Part shown: positions 9,088-18,333 of the stretch, piece after piece
Layout of the letters: each line of letters begins with the position of its first letter
Position numbering within the stretch: position 1 is the first letter of the stretch
From: Desulfobacteraceae bacterium
GTDB taxonomy: Bacteria > Desulfobacterota > DSM-4660 > Desulfatiglandales > HGW-15
Assembly (NCBI GenBank): GCA_050123415.1
Contig: JASFHE010000001.1
Span: 10,607-74,606 of the forward strand
Direction of reading: 5' to 3'
Length of the DNA stretch: 64,000 nt
The notes under the pieces: generated by a model
The model's database searches: none
What the model saw: the letters and a program-made list of their open reading frames with translations, nothing else
Told to the model about the DNA's origin: nothing
Position numbers and translations under genes: made by a program

Positions 9088-9561
9088 ATGGCAAACGCCA
9101 TAAGCATAGACCTGGTTGGAATTACTCGTATTCAAAGGAAGTTAACACTTCTCCAAAATAGTATTTTCTCCAGGGCTTTGATGACGGAGATTGGCCTCTT
9201 TGCCATGACCCGTATTAAGTCAAGAACGGTTGAAGGCAAGGATGTGGATGGTACACCATTCAAGCCTTATTCTCCAAAATACGCAATGTTCCGACAAGAG
9301 CATGGTCATCCGACCAATAAAGTCAACCTGACTTTTTCTGGTTCCATGTTATCTTCAATGACGTTTAACCCGGATGCGGATAAAGTAACACTTTACTTCT
9401 TAAACACTTATGGATTTGGTGCTGGTAACAAAAGTCATACCAGTAATCCTAAAAAAGCATTCTTTTTGAATGAGGAACGGAGATTCTTTGCATTATCCGG
9501 AGAAGACGTTGAAGACATTGTGGATATCGTAGAACGTTATTACAGGAGGTTAATAGCATAA
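9088..9561 (+). CDS. virion morphogenesis / head-tail joining protein (HK97 gp10 or Mu G-like)
   Basis: GKDVDGTPFKPYSPKYAMFRQEHGHPTNKVNLTFSGSMLSSM matches the G-x-D-x-x-G-x-x-F-x-PYS...L-x-x-SG-x-ML pattern of that family. Confidence 0.45.
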   Translation: MANAISIDLVGITRIQRKLTLLQNSIFSRALMTEIGLFAMTRIKSRTVEGKDVDGTPFKPYSPKYAMFRQEHGHPTNKVNLTFSGSMLSSMTFNPDADKVTLYFLNTYGFGAGNKSHTSNPKKAFFLNEERRFFALSGEDVEDIVDIVERYYRRLIA

Positions 9562-10010
9562 TGGCCGCCAATTCAATACGCGAACGCTTAATTCTTGCTG
9601 ATAAGGCAATCCTTGATGAATTGTCTTTCATCAAGACGGTGGAGAGGAGACTTCCATCATATAAAGACTTGCAAAATTTCGCACTCACGCAACTGCCTGT
9701 AGCAGCAATTGTCGGACGTATACCGAAACCGACCAACAAGGTGAGTAGTCGAACAGGTCAGGTGGATCAGATCCTTTCGGAACTTCGTGTGGATATCTAT
9801 GTTTTTCTCCAAGAAAATGAATCTGCGGACTCGGCAATATCGAGCTACTTGGATGATTTGTGGCCGCAACTTTACGCCGACCCGACACGTGGTAGACTTT
9901 GCATGTTTACTACCCTTGAAGCAACGGAGAATACAGAGACGTGGCCGCCATTCGTAGCATTTCAATTAACTTGTGTTCATAACTACCAACATTCAACCGG
10001 AGGAATTTAA
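9561..10010 (+). CDS. tail completion / terminator-like protein (by position only)
   Basis: TAATG overlap with the upstream gene. Lies immediately upstream of the tail tube gene. Confidence 0.25.
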   Translation: MAANSIRERLILADKAILDELSFIKTVERRLPSYKDLQNFALTQLPVAAIVGRIPKPTNKVSSRTGQVDQILSELRVDIYVFLQENESADSAISSYLDDLWPQLYADPTRGRLCMFTTLEATENTETWPPFVAFQLTCVHNYQHSTGGI

Positions 10011-10013
10011 AAG

Positions 10014-10592
10014 ATGACCGAAGCCCACAGTACCTCATTGTATTCACCAGCAGGGCGAGGTATCCTCTATATTGCGGAGTGGAGTGGAACTACTCCTCCG
10101 ACGGATCCCGACGATTACACTGAAGTCGGTAACTGTCCGTCGCTTGAAGCGGAGCCTACTATTGAACGCCGCCCGCATTATTCTAGCCGTTCTGGTCTCC
10201 GTACCCGCGACCTTAACCCGGTCGTGCAAACGGAGTATAATATCACCTTTGAGTGTGACGAAATGTCCGCCAAGAACCTTGCACGGTTTTTCTTGGGCAC
10301 TCTAAATGCTTCAACCAAGGTGATCGCTGGTCTTCAGAGCGCGGATAAAGAGTATGCCTTGAAGTTCGTTTCCGACAACCCGATCGGGCCCAACCAGATT
10401 TTTTACTACTGGAGAGTAACACTGGGGCCCAACGGACCGCTGCAACTTATCGGCGATGAATACCTGATAATGTCGTTCACGGGAGAGGGCTTGAGCGATA
10501 GTGCCAATCATGCTTCCAGCCCGTATTTTGATATTAAATATGTGACGACAACTACCACAACTACCACAACTACCACAACTACCACAGAGTAA
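10014..10592 (+). CDS. major tail (tube) protein with C-terminal poly-Thr tail
   Basis: Located directly upstream of the chaperone and tape measure genes. 192 aa, ending in V-T14-E. Confidence 0.65.
   Translation: MTEAHSTSLYSPAGRGILYIAEWSGTTPPTDPDDYTEVGNCPSLEAEPTIERRPHYSSRSGLRTRDLNPVVQTEYNITFECDEMSAKNLARFFLGTLNASTKVIAGLQSADKEYALKFVSDNPIGPNQIFYYWRVTLGPNGPLQLIGDEYLIMSFTGEGLSDSANHASSPYFDIKYVTTTTTTTTTTTTTTE
10545..10586 (+). repeat. 14 consecutive Thr codons with 9-bp (ACA ACT ACC) periodicity
   Basis: acg aca act acc aca act acc aca act acc aca act acc aca. Confidence 0.95.
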
Positions 10593-10619
10593 TTGTGTGG
10601 TATAGCAAAGGAAACGCCA

Positions 10620-11066
10620 ATGCCGAGGAAAAGAGAAGTCGTGAAAATCGACGACAAGGAGTATACCATTAAAGAACTAACCGTCGGGGAGATTATCAAT
10701 ATCACCCAAGGGTCGGTGTTTTTTAGTGGTCCGCTGAAAGGTAACGGTGTTGGAGACAAAGATAAGTCCAAAAAAGGAGATGAAGCAAAAGGAAAGAAAT
10801 CCGAAAACCTGACTGATGAAATCACTGATATTATGTCTGATTTCAAAAGATTAATGAAGACCTGTTGTGATTTCGGTCCGGAAGACTTGGTTAAGTTGAC
10901 TCCTTCTCAAATTCGCGAAATTTACGATGGTTTCAAAAAAGTGAATTCGGATTTTTTATCTTCGTTAAAAGCACTGGGGGTGGCGGAAGCCCTGGTAAAT
11001 ATCAGGGACGTAGCTCTCAATCGCTTTTCAAAAATGCTTGTCACCTTGTTGAATCAGGACATGTAA
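10620..11066 (+). CDS. tail assembly chaperone, short form (gpG-like)
   Basis: Lies between the tube and tape measure genes. AAGGA is upstream of ATG 10620. Acidic and Lys-rich. Contains a slippery heptamer with an open -1 frame. Confidence 0.6.
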   Translation: MPRKREVVKIDDKEYTIKELTVGEIINITQGSVFFSGPLKGNGVGDKDKSKKGDEAKGKKSENLTDEITDIMSDFKRLMKTCCDFGPEDLVKLTPSQIREIYDGFKKVNSDFLSSLKALGVAEALVNIRDVALNRFSKMLVTLLNQDM

Positions 11067-11218
11067 ATGTCTTCCAATACGGCTTTTCATTTTTTCTCCA
11101 AGCGTTGAATGAGCATCAAATTATTTCCAACATTCAACGAAAAAACATGGCTATTGCCATGCGGGTTGCCCGATGGGCGTCTGATAGAGAATGGAAGAAA
11201 TTCATGAAAAGGAAGTAA
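10620..11218 (+). CDS. tail assembly chaperone, -1 frameshifted long form (gpGT-like)
   Basis: After a slip at 10952-10958 the -1 frame reads IFVKSTGGGGSPGKYQGRSSQ...REWKKFMKRK* and fills the otherwise non-coding 11067-11219 gap. Confidence 0.45.
10952..10958 (+). promoter_or_regulatory. candidate -1 programmed frameshift heptamer U UUU UUA
   Basis: In the zero frame the sequence reads gaT TTT TTA, the canonical X XXY YYZ form. I translated the -1 frame by hand and found it open from here to TAA 11216-11218, one nt before the tape measure ATG. Confidence 0.5.
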
Positions 11219-11219
11219 A

Positions 11220-14200
11220 ATGACCGAACGACTGGATATAATAGTCCGGATTAGAGATGCCGCCCAAGCTGGAGTGCGGTCGGTTAAAAAGGGTCTTGCA
11301 GGAATCGGAAGTACTGCTTCAGCAACAACTGGAGCAATCCGTGGAATGTATGGACAACTTGCAGCCGTCACCGCACTCTTTGCCGGTGGAGCATTTCTTG
11401 GCAGCGCCGTCAAAACTTTTACCCAGTTTGATGATGTAATGAGGCAAGCTGGTGCTGTAACAAATGCCACCAAGGGAGAAATGGAGGCGATGACGGAGCA
11501 GGCAAAAGAAATGGGTAAGACAACTCGTTTTACTGCTTCCGATGCTGCCAATGGTTTGCGTTTGCTCGGTATGGCGGGGTTTGAAGCCAGTGAATCTACC
11601 GCAGCACTTCCTGGAGTACTTAATCTCGCTGCCGCTGGTAGTATTGATCTTGGAACTGCGGCAGATATTGCAACGAATGTCTTGGCTGGCTTTGGTTTAG
11701 AAGTGGAGAATTTAGGTCAGGTTAATGATGTTCTGGTTCAAACTTTTACTTCTTCAAACACTACCATCACCGAACTTGGCGAAGCGTTTAAACTTGTTGG
11801 CCCAATTGCAAAAGGTGTTGGATCAAATTTTGAAGACTTATTCGCCGCGATTGGAAAGTTAGGTGATGCAGGTCTGAAAGGAACACTTGCCGGTACAGCA
11901 TTAAGAGGAGCAATCAACGCCCTATTGAATCCAACCAAAGAAGAAGAGAAATTAATGGAAGGATTGCAAAAACGTCTTGGCGGAGTTGCTCTAAAAGTCA
12001 AAGATGCCGAAGGAAATTTTATTGGCTTTACTTCGATTATCAAGCAATTGGAGGATGCTGGCTTAAAAGGAGATGAAGCCCTCAAGCTTTTTGGATTGAG
12101 GGCTGGGCCAGGTATGGCAGCATTATTAAACCAGGGCTCGGAAGCACTTGCAGAACTTGAACGTAAAATAAATAATGCTGGTGGAGTAAGTGAAGAAATT
12201 GCTGATAAGATGGAGTCAGGAATCGGTGGTGCGGCACGTGAGGCGGCCGCAGCATTTGAGGCGGTAAAGATTGCTATCGGAGAAGCATTTTCGGAAGATA
12301 TTATTAAGGCAATTAGAGGGTTCCGCGATCGGATGCTTGAGGTTATTGATATTATCAAGCAATTAAAAAAAGAAGGAACCCTTAAAGCATATGTTGACGC
12401 GGTGTCCGCAACATTAAATTTTCTTGGCAGGAGAATTGAAGAAATTACAACCGGATTTAAGGAACTTACCAAGGTTATAGTTGCGGGAATTGCTGCAATA
12501 AATGGAGATTTAGGAATAGCAAAGGAGGCATTAAAAGATATTGGGTCTGATTTCGATAGACTTCTTGTTAAGAGGGGTTTACTTGAATCACAAACCAAGA
12601 GAGAGTCAATGGCAATAAAGGAGCAAATTAATGCCATTCAAAATCAAATTGTTATCTCTGAAAAGAAAATAGAGCAGGATAAAGAGGATCTGAACGGTTG
12701 GAGGGCCAAAATTGCAGGTTCCAAAGTTTATCAGAAACAACTTGAAAAACACCAAAGGCAGTTACAATCATTATATGATGAGCTTGACAAACTTAATAAG
12801 AAGAAAACACAAATTGATGTTAAATTAAATATTGAACAAATAAAAGAGGAAGGGGAGTATATTGATTATTGGGCAAGAAGTGTTGGTAAAAAATTAGAAG
12901 AAGAGTCAAAGCCAAGCGGTCCGATTGGAACCGGCGGGAAGAAAGTTGCAGAGACAATTGCGGAGTCAATTGTTCCTGATTCTCCAACAATGGAAGCATT
13001 AATGAAAGCCGGTCTCACCAAACTCACTGCTACACTTCAGACAGAAGCAGCAAAGATTGAAGGCCAGTATGACCAGAATTTGATTTCTCTTGATGAATAT
13101 TTCAATCAAAGGCGAACATTGATTGAGAGGAGAATTCAACAGGAACTCGCTCTCCTTAGAGCCCAGGCGGAATCGGAGACTGATACCGACAAACGTGCCT
13201 TAATTAATGCTCAGATATTCGCCAAAGAGCAACAACTCCAAACAGCCTTACTCCAGTTGGAGAATGAACGCTATGAGGAACAAGATCGATTAAAACAAGA
13301 TCAACTCCGAAAAGAGGATCAACTCAATAACCTCCGGTTAAAAGCAGAGAAGGCATTTCAGGATCAAAAGGCTCGGGTTGCTGGTGGTCCTTCGTTTGGT
13401 CTTGAAGCTACATTCTTGGAAGAACAAGCAAAACTCCAGCAGCGTCAGAATGCGGAACTTGCAGCAATCCAAGAATTTTATTCCCAAAAACTCCAATTAC
13501 TCCGGGAGAATAAAGCTGCCGAAGCTGAAATCGAAGCAGCTTTTCAGGAACAGAAGGCTTCAATTGAAGAACAACACAGGTTACAACAGAAGGAGAAGAT
13601 TAGATTAACGCAAGACCAGGAACAACGCCTGGCCGAATATAGACTCAACAATATTGCTCAGACAGCGCAAGGAGTCTCCCAAATCTTCACCCAATTGTAT
13701 CAGTTAACTGGGAAGAAACAGAAAGAATTCTTTTACATTGCCAAAGCGGCAGCAATCGCAGAGGCAACCATAAATGTAGCACAAGGTGTTACTAAAGCTT
13801 TAGCGCAGGGTGGCTTCTTTGGAATTATTACGGGTACTCTTGTCGCAGCCGCAGGCGCAATTCAGATTGCTACAATTGCAAATCAGAGCCTTGCTGAGGG
13901 TGGCCTTGTTGCTGGTAAATCTCCAACGAAATCTTCGGATGATAAATTGATTAATGCAACATCTGGAGAATTTATGCAGCCGGTTGATGCAGTGAATTAT
14001 TATGGTCTCGGTGTTATGGAAGCAATGCGCCGAAAATCAATTCCTAAAGGAATCTTTGATGGATTTTCTATGCCTGGGGTTCGATACGGAACGAGCCACT
14101 TTGCAGAGGGTGGAGCAGTTAAAGCACAAAACAGTGGTATTGGAGATACCAAGAATGATACGAAAAAAGGACAACAAACAAATATTGTAAACGTACTTGA

Positions 14201-14315
14201 TCCGGCTGTGTTTGAGCAGTGGTCAAGCAGTACTCCCGGCCAGCGCAATATTTTGAATGTATTGTCTCAAAATATCTTCGAAGTCAGGCAGATGGTTTTT
14301 GATAACCAAAGTTAA
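11220..14315 (+). CDS. tail tape measure protein
   Basis: 1031 aa. N-terminal GKTTRFTASDAANGLRLLGMAGF is the TP901-type tape measure core. Long Gln/Glu/Lys coiled-coil centre and a hydrophobic Gly/Ala segment near the C-terminus. Confidence 0.9.
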   Translation: MTERLDIIVRIRDAAQAGVRSVKKGLAGIGSTASATTGAIRGMYGQLAAVTALFAGGAFLGSAVKTFTQFDDVMRQAGAVTNATKGEMEAMTEQAKEMGKTTRFTASDAANGLRLLGMAGFEASESTAALPGVLNLAAAGSIDLGTAADIATNVLAGFGLEVENLGQVNDVLVQTFTSSNTTITELGEAFKLVGPIAKGVGSNFEDLFAAIGKLGDAGLKGTLAGTALRGAINALLNPTKEEEKLMEGLQKRLGGVALKVKDAEGNFIGFTSIIKQLEDAGLKGDEALKLFGLRAGPGMAALLNQGSEALAELERKINNAGGVSEEIADKMESGIGGAAREAAAAFEAVKIAIGEAFSEDIIKAIRGFRDRMLEVIDIIKQLKKEGTLKAYVDAVSATLNFLGRRIEEITTGFKELTKVIVAGIAAINGDLGIAKEALKDIGSDFDRLLVKRGLLESQTKRESMAIKEQINAIQNQIVISEKKIEQDKEDLNGWRAKIAGSKVYQKQLEKHQRQLQSLYDELDKLNKKKTQIDVKLNIEQIKEEGEYIDYWARSVGKKLEEESKPSGPIGTGGKKVAETIAESIVPDSPTMEALMKAGLTKLTATLQTEAAKIEGQYDQNLISLDEYFNQRRTLIERRIQQELALLRAQAESETDTDKRALINAQIFAKEQQLQTALLQLENERYEEQDRLKQDQLRKEDQLNNLRLKAEKAFQDQKARVAGGPSFGLEATFLEEQAKLQQRQNAELAAIQEFYSQKLQLLRENKAAEAEIEAAFQEQKASIEEQHRLQQKEKIRLTQDQEQRLAEYRLNNIAQTAQGVSQIFTQLYQLTGKKQKEFFYIAKAAAIAEATINVAQGVTKALAQGGFFGIITGTLVAAAGAIQIATIANQSLAEGGLVAGKSPTKSSDDKLINATSGEFMQPVDAVNYYGLGVMEAMRRKSIPKGIFDGFSMPGVRYGTSHFAEGGAVKAQNSGIGDTKNDTKKGQQTNIVNVLDPAVFEQWSSSTPGQRNILNVLSQNIFEVRQMVFDNQS

Positions 14316-14325
14316 GGAGTAAATT

Positions 14326-15639
14326 ATGCCTTTAAATGGAGCAATTCAGACAGGAACAGTCACCAGTTTCTCCGGTGCAAACGGACTTTTGCAGGCTTTG
14401 TTGGATTTTGTGGCTGGAACAAAAGTAACAGGAGCAACAACGACTGGTTCTGGCTCAGGACCATACACGGCAACCTTGACCACTACTGTTGGTTTAGGAT
14501 CTGTTATCATCAATTATACAGTTGGCGGGATAGATTTCGAGGCACAAGATGATGGTGCGAACGGCTTAAATGATGCAACAGATGGATATATCTCTTCAGG
14601 ATCGATTGATTATGGAACCGGAGCGTTTACAGTAACTTTTACCACAACACCAGATGCAAATCCAACAATTGATTATGTACACGGAGATGATGGTCAGGAC
14701 TGGGAAATTAAATATCAACGTAATACGAGAGATAGCGATAAGTTAACACCAGAGGAGCCATTCGGAAGTGATTGTGAGGAGGTTATTCTACACAACCGTG
14801 GACTATCTGGTGCTGAGAATGTTCTGATTGGTATCCGTGAATGGAAGTATGTTGCTGGCGCTGCATATGGTTGGGATCTTACTGGCTATCAGGCATACAC
14901 GGATGGGATGTATTGGGGAAAGACAATCATTGATGATTTGTCTCTTGATTATGATTCATTATGGGATCATTTTGATGATACTCCAATCCTCCCGCTCATT
15001 GATGATACAATGTACTACTGGTTTTATAGTAACCGTCAGCGCATAGTTGTTATAGTAAAAGTACAGAGCAATTATGAATGTTGTTACATGGGTTTCGCAA
15101 ACCGCTTCGGGAATCCAGAAGATTATCCATATCCGCTTGTTATTAAGGGTTGTGGATATGGTAATATCAACAACACAAGTACTTCACAAAGTAACCATTC
15201 ATATATACCGTATGGACCATCTAATGGAACAGAAATGCTCCATAATGTTCTTCCTAACAATGCTTGGAGTATAAACTGGGGAACAGGATCGACCTACTTT
15301 GCAACATGGCTGTTCCCAACGGCGAATTGGGCAGATACAGGACAGATGTACGAGGCTCCGGCTAAGAAGGAAGTAATGATGACTCCTGTTATTGGTATGA
15401 ATGCGCTAATAAATGCTGGACTTTGGGAACTGGATGGAGTATATCATGTTTCCGGTATCGGTGTCCAATCCGAAGACTACATTCGGGCGCATGATGGAAT
15501 AAAGTACCGGGCTTTTCAGGATATTGCCAGAATAGAATACGACGATTGGATGGGTGTGGCAGAAATAGAATTTACTACCACAAGCACTTCTACAACCACA
15601 ACAACTACTACATCAAGTACCACAACAACTACAGTATAG
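14326..15639 (+). CDS. tail tip protein with C-terminal Thr/Ser tail
   Basis: First gene after the tape measure. 437 aa, ending in TTTSTSTTTTTTTSSTTTTTV. Its central and C-terminal parts look distantly related to the next ORF. Confidence 0.55.
   Translation: MPLNGAIQTGTVTSFSGANGLLQALLDFVAGTKVTGATTTGSGSGPYTATLTTTVGLGSVIINYTVGGIDFEAQDDGANGLNDATDGYISSGSIDYGTGAFTVTFTTTPDANPTIDYVHGDDGQDWEIKYQRNTRDSDKLTPEEPFGSDCEEVILHNRGLSGAENVLIGIREWKYVAGAAYGWDLTGYQAYTDGMYWGKTIIDDLSLDYDSLWDHFDDTPILPLIDDTMYYWFYSNRQRIVVIVKVQSNYECCYMGFANRFGNPEDYPYPLVIKGCGYGNINNTSTSQSNHSYIPYGPSNGTEMLHNVLPNNAWSINWGTGSTYFATWLFPTANWADTGQMYEAPAKKEVMMTPVIGMNALINAGLWELDGVYHVSGIGVQSEDYIRAHDGIKYRAFQDIARIEYDDWMGVAEIEFTTTSTSTTTTTTTSSTTTTTV
15574..15633 (+). 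repeat. Thr/Ser-coding tract (20 codons)
   Basis: act acc aca agc act tct aca acc aca aca act act aca tca agt acc aca aca act aca. Confidence 0.95.
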
Positions 15640-15643
15640 GAGA
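15610..15643 (+). repeat. 34-bp exact direct repeat, copy 1 (acatcaagtaccacaacaactacagtataggaga)
   Basis: An identical string occurs at 22198-22231. It covers the last 8 T/S codons, Val, TAG and the following GGAGA. Confidence 0.9.
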
Positions 15644-15651
15644 AGCGAGTC

Positions 15652-16593
15652 ATGCCGTATGTACTTTCAGAATCAATACACTATAATCCGACTGATACAA
15701 AAGAAGCTATTGACTACATACGCCAGTTTGCCTTATCCGTTGGGTGGACCGTAGATACATGGGTTACCGGAGAGCCGACGCAATTACAATTGTGGTCTCC
15801 TGGTTATGTTGCACAAGAACTTTGCTACCGAATCCAGGTAGTGGATGTTGATGCTCAGGAGCAAACATTATCATTGAAGGGGGTTGTGCCCGGGTATCGT
15901 TCAACAAGTTTTTCAGTTACAGACTCAGTATCTACCTGGGGTGGTAACAGTACATCATATTACAACACCTCTCTTACAGCCTCTTTTTTTGATGCGTTAT
16001 ATTTGTATGGTAATAAGCATTTTATTTGCGCTATTTTCCATGTAGATCCGATTGCTGTGATTACTCTTCAGATTGGTTCATGGGATCTTTATCCAAGTTG
16101 GTGGTATTATAGCCCTGGTATAAACTTTGTATACAACCCACAGGATAATTGGGGGTCTTCCTCTACATATAAATGGTATAATATGACAAGTAATCCGACT
16201 CGTTGGGCACCACCAATGTCCCAGAGATGGTCTATTTCGTTAGGGTCCAATGTGTGGTATGAAGGAGCAAAGAGAGGATCATCAGATTATGCTTGTAACT
16301 ACAGGCCAGCAGCCGATATTTCTCTTGGTTTAGAAGCAGGAGAATTTAATCGAGCGAAAGGAATCTTAACCTATAATAGTTATACAGCAAAGAGGATGGC
16401 TTTTCAATCATCCTTCTTTGTTAGAAACCCATCACTTGGTATTTGGTACCCAGTTGGTGTTAGTCCATTTGCATGGATAAATGGTAGGAACCTGACTATT
16501 GGAGAAGTAGTTAAGTTTGGAGCAGATGAATACAGATGCTTCCCAGGGGTATTCAGTACTTATGAACACTGGCAAGCGTATAGGATTGCATAA
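15652..16593 (+). CDS. tail tip protein (possible distant paralog of 14326..15639)
   Basis: 313 aa and Trp/Tyr-rich. The segments LYLYGNKHFICAIFHV and ...EYRCFPGV parallel YYWFYSNRQRIVVIVKV and ...KYRAFQDI in the upstream protein. Confidence 0.45.
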   Translation: MPYVLSESIHYNPTDTKEAIDYIRQFALSVGWTVDTWVTGEPTQLQLWSPGYVAQELCYRIQVVDVDAQEQTLSLKGVVPGYRSTSFSVTDSVSTWGGNSTSYYNTSLTASFFDALYLYGNKHFICAIFHVDPIAVITLQIGSWDLYPSWWYYSPGINFVYNPQDNWGSSSTYKWYNMTSNPTRWAPPMSQRWSISLGSNVWYEGAKRGSSDYACNYRPAADISLGLEAGEFNRAKGILTYNSYTAKRMAFQSSFFVRNPSLGIWYPVGVSPFAWINGRNLTIGEVVKFGADEYRCFPGVFSTYEHWQAYRIA

Positions 16594-17693
16594 TGGCAAA
16601 TGATGGAGCTATAAACTCAATAATCAATGGGATTGAACGCACTATTGTTCGGAAGAATTATGAGCAGCAGTATGCTGATAGAACACCTGTGCTTCAAAAT
16701 CCAATTGTTAATAAGATCTGTGCCGTGTATACAACAATAGGAGAATCTGAGAAGAGAAGACAAACTCCTGTCATAACACCAGCTCAGGACAATCATGCTG
16801 GGCTATTTTCTACAGACCCTGGCGGAGGCTTTTTCTTTGAGAGGGTTTGGGTAGAACCCTTGCTTTTTGCTTTACAATTTATTACAGAAGATAACGAATA
16901 TGAAATCAAGATCTGGAACGCATACCGTTCAAAGAATGTTCAAACCACTTCTGTTATCGTTCTAAATCAGGAAGGTACTAATTTAACATATCCTACACTT
17001 CCTGATACAATTAATATTTTTGGTGATACAATTTACACACTTGACGTCTATGGAGATGGACCACCGCTACAGGACACTTCTTATACCCTTACTATTGACG
17101 GTGAGGAATATGTAATTGAAATAACTGGCATTCGGATCATTCCATTTGATCTTGATCCGAATTGGGATGAAAATTTGCAATTTACATATGATTTTGCTAC
17201 AACCATCTGGTCAAATGATAGATTCACGGAACAACGGAGACCTTTGAGCCGAGAAAGTTGGTTTACAATGGTTGCATCTTTTGACGCTTCTGGTGCCCGT
17301 AATCGGAAGGTGATGAATCTTCTTGGATATGGAAAAGATAAAGTATTTGGTATTCCAGTCTTTACAGAGAAGATGACGCCAGTGTCAGCGGCGGCTGAAT
17401 CTTCAACTATAATAGTAAATGAAGATTTTACATACTTCTACAATTTAAAGAGTCGGGCTGGATATATTATCATTGTTGATCATAATGTAGGGCAAGCGGA
17501 GATTAAAGTGATATCGAGCCTAACAGGAACAAACCAGATTGACCTAACCCAGCCGATCTCCGCAACATTTGATTTGAAGTATACATATATATATCCATGC
17601 ATGTTTGTTATCATTAATTCATTTTCAGGCAATAATATTACGGATGATTTTGATAATGTGAAGATAAACTTTAAGGAGTTTAAAAGTGGTTGA
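16593..17693 (+). CDS. minor tail / distal tail protein (by position)
   Basis: TAATG overlap with the upstream gene. 366 aa. No motif recognised. Confidence 0.4.
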   Translation: MANDGAINSIINGIERTIVRKNYEQQYADRTPVLQNPIVNKICAVYTTIGESEKRRQTPVITPAQDNHAGLFSTDPGGGFFFERVWVEPLLFALQFITEDNEYEIKIWNAYRSKNVQTTSVIVLNQEGTNLTYPTLPDTINIFGDTIYTLDVYGDGPPLQDTSYTLTIDGEEYVIEITGIRIIPFDLDPNWDENLQFTYDFATTIWSNDRFTEQRRPLSRESWFTMVASFDASGARNRKVMNLLGYGKDKVFGIPVFTEKMTPVSAAAESSTIIVNEDFTYFYNLKSRAGYIIIVDHNVGQAEIKVISSLTGTNQIDLTQPISATFDLKYTYIYPCMFVIINSFSGNNITDDFDNVKINFKEFKSG

Positions 17694-18324
17694 TAGTCTT
17701 CTTGACATCGGTGGTGAACCTGAATTCCCACTATCCATTGATTGGAGTAGCCAGCCTAGTTATAATTTTCAAATCAGCAGGTACCTATTCGAAGGGCGCG
17801 GAACAGCATCTAAGATTGAGGAGAAAAACCCGGAGACACCAATTAGCTTTGAAGCAAAGTTTTATGTTGGGGACCGTGAGACTGAATATGCTTTTCTGGA
17901 CTTTATTCATACAACTGTTGGAAGAACAAACCGCTTTTGGCTTAGATATCCAAAACAGTCGTTTATCCCAACGGAAGGACTTTCAAACGGTTCTATGATT
18001 TTAAAGGTTGAACCAAATAATTTTGATCTATTTCACGTTGGACATGAACGGATATATATCCAAACAATTTATGGGGATACAATAACAAGGCATGTTAGTA
18101 ATGCGACTTATGATGCAACATTTGATGAAATAAGTCTCCAGTTGCTAACTGCAATTGATAGAGATATCTCCTTGGATGAATTCTTAATAATTGGGAGATA
18201 CTTGCTTGTAAGGTTTGATCACGATGACTTTAACATAAATGTTTTAACTGAGGATAAATTTGACTTCTCATTAAAGTTTATTGAATTAATAAGAGATTAT
18301 TCGGATCTTGCGGCTAATCCATAG
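17686..18324 (+). CDS. minor tail protein, lambda gpL / GTA g12 (DUF2460)-like
   Basis: GTG start with AAGGAG 7 nt upstream. EFPLSIDWSSQPSYNFQ...GRTNRFWLRYP follows the FP-x-x-I...P-x-F...G-R-x-x-x-F pattern of DUF2460 proteins. Synteny with the next three genes supports the call. Confidence 0.4.
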   Translation: MVDSLLDIGGEPEFPLSIDWSSQPSYNFQISRYLFEGRGTASKIEEKNPETPISFEAKFYVGDRETEYAFLDFIHTTVGRTNRFWLRYPKQSFIPTEGLSNGSMILKVEPNNFDLFHVGHERIYIQTIYGDTITRHVSNATYDATFDEISLQLLTAIDRDISLDEFLIIGRYLLVRFDHDDFNINVLTEDKFDFSLKFIELIRDYSDLAANP

Positions 18325-18333
18325 GAGTAGAAA

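Noticed and set aside
11738-12637. 299-aa minus-strand ORF inside the tape measure gene (also 11087..11551)
   Set aside because: It is entirely antisense to a confidently called 1031-aa gene. Its low-complexity Ser/Ala/Pro/Ile composition mirrors the Ala/Gly/Glu/Lys-rich sense strand. It has no SD and no operon context.
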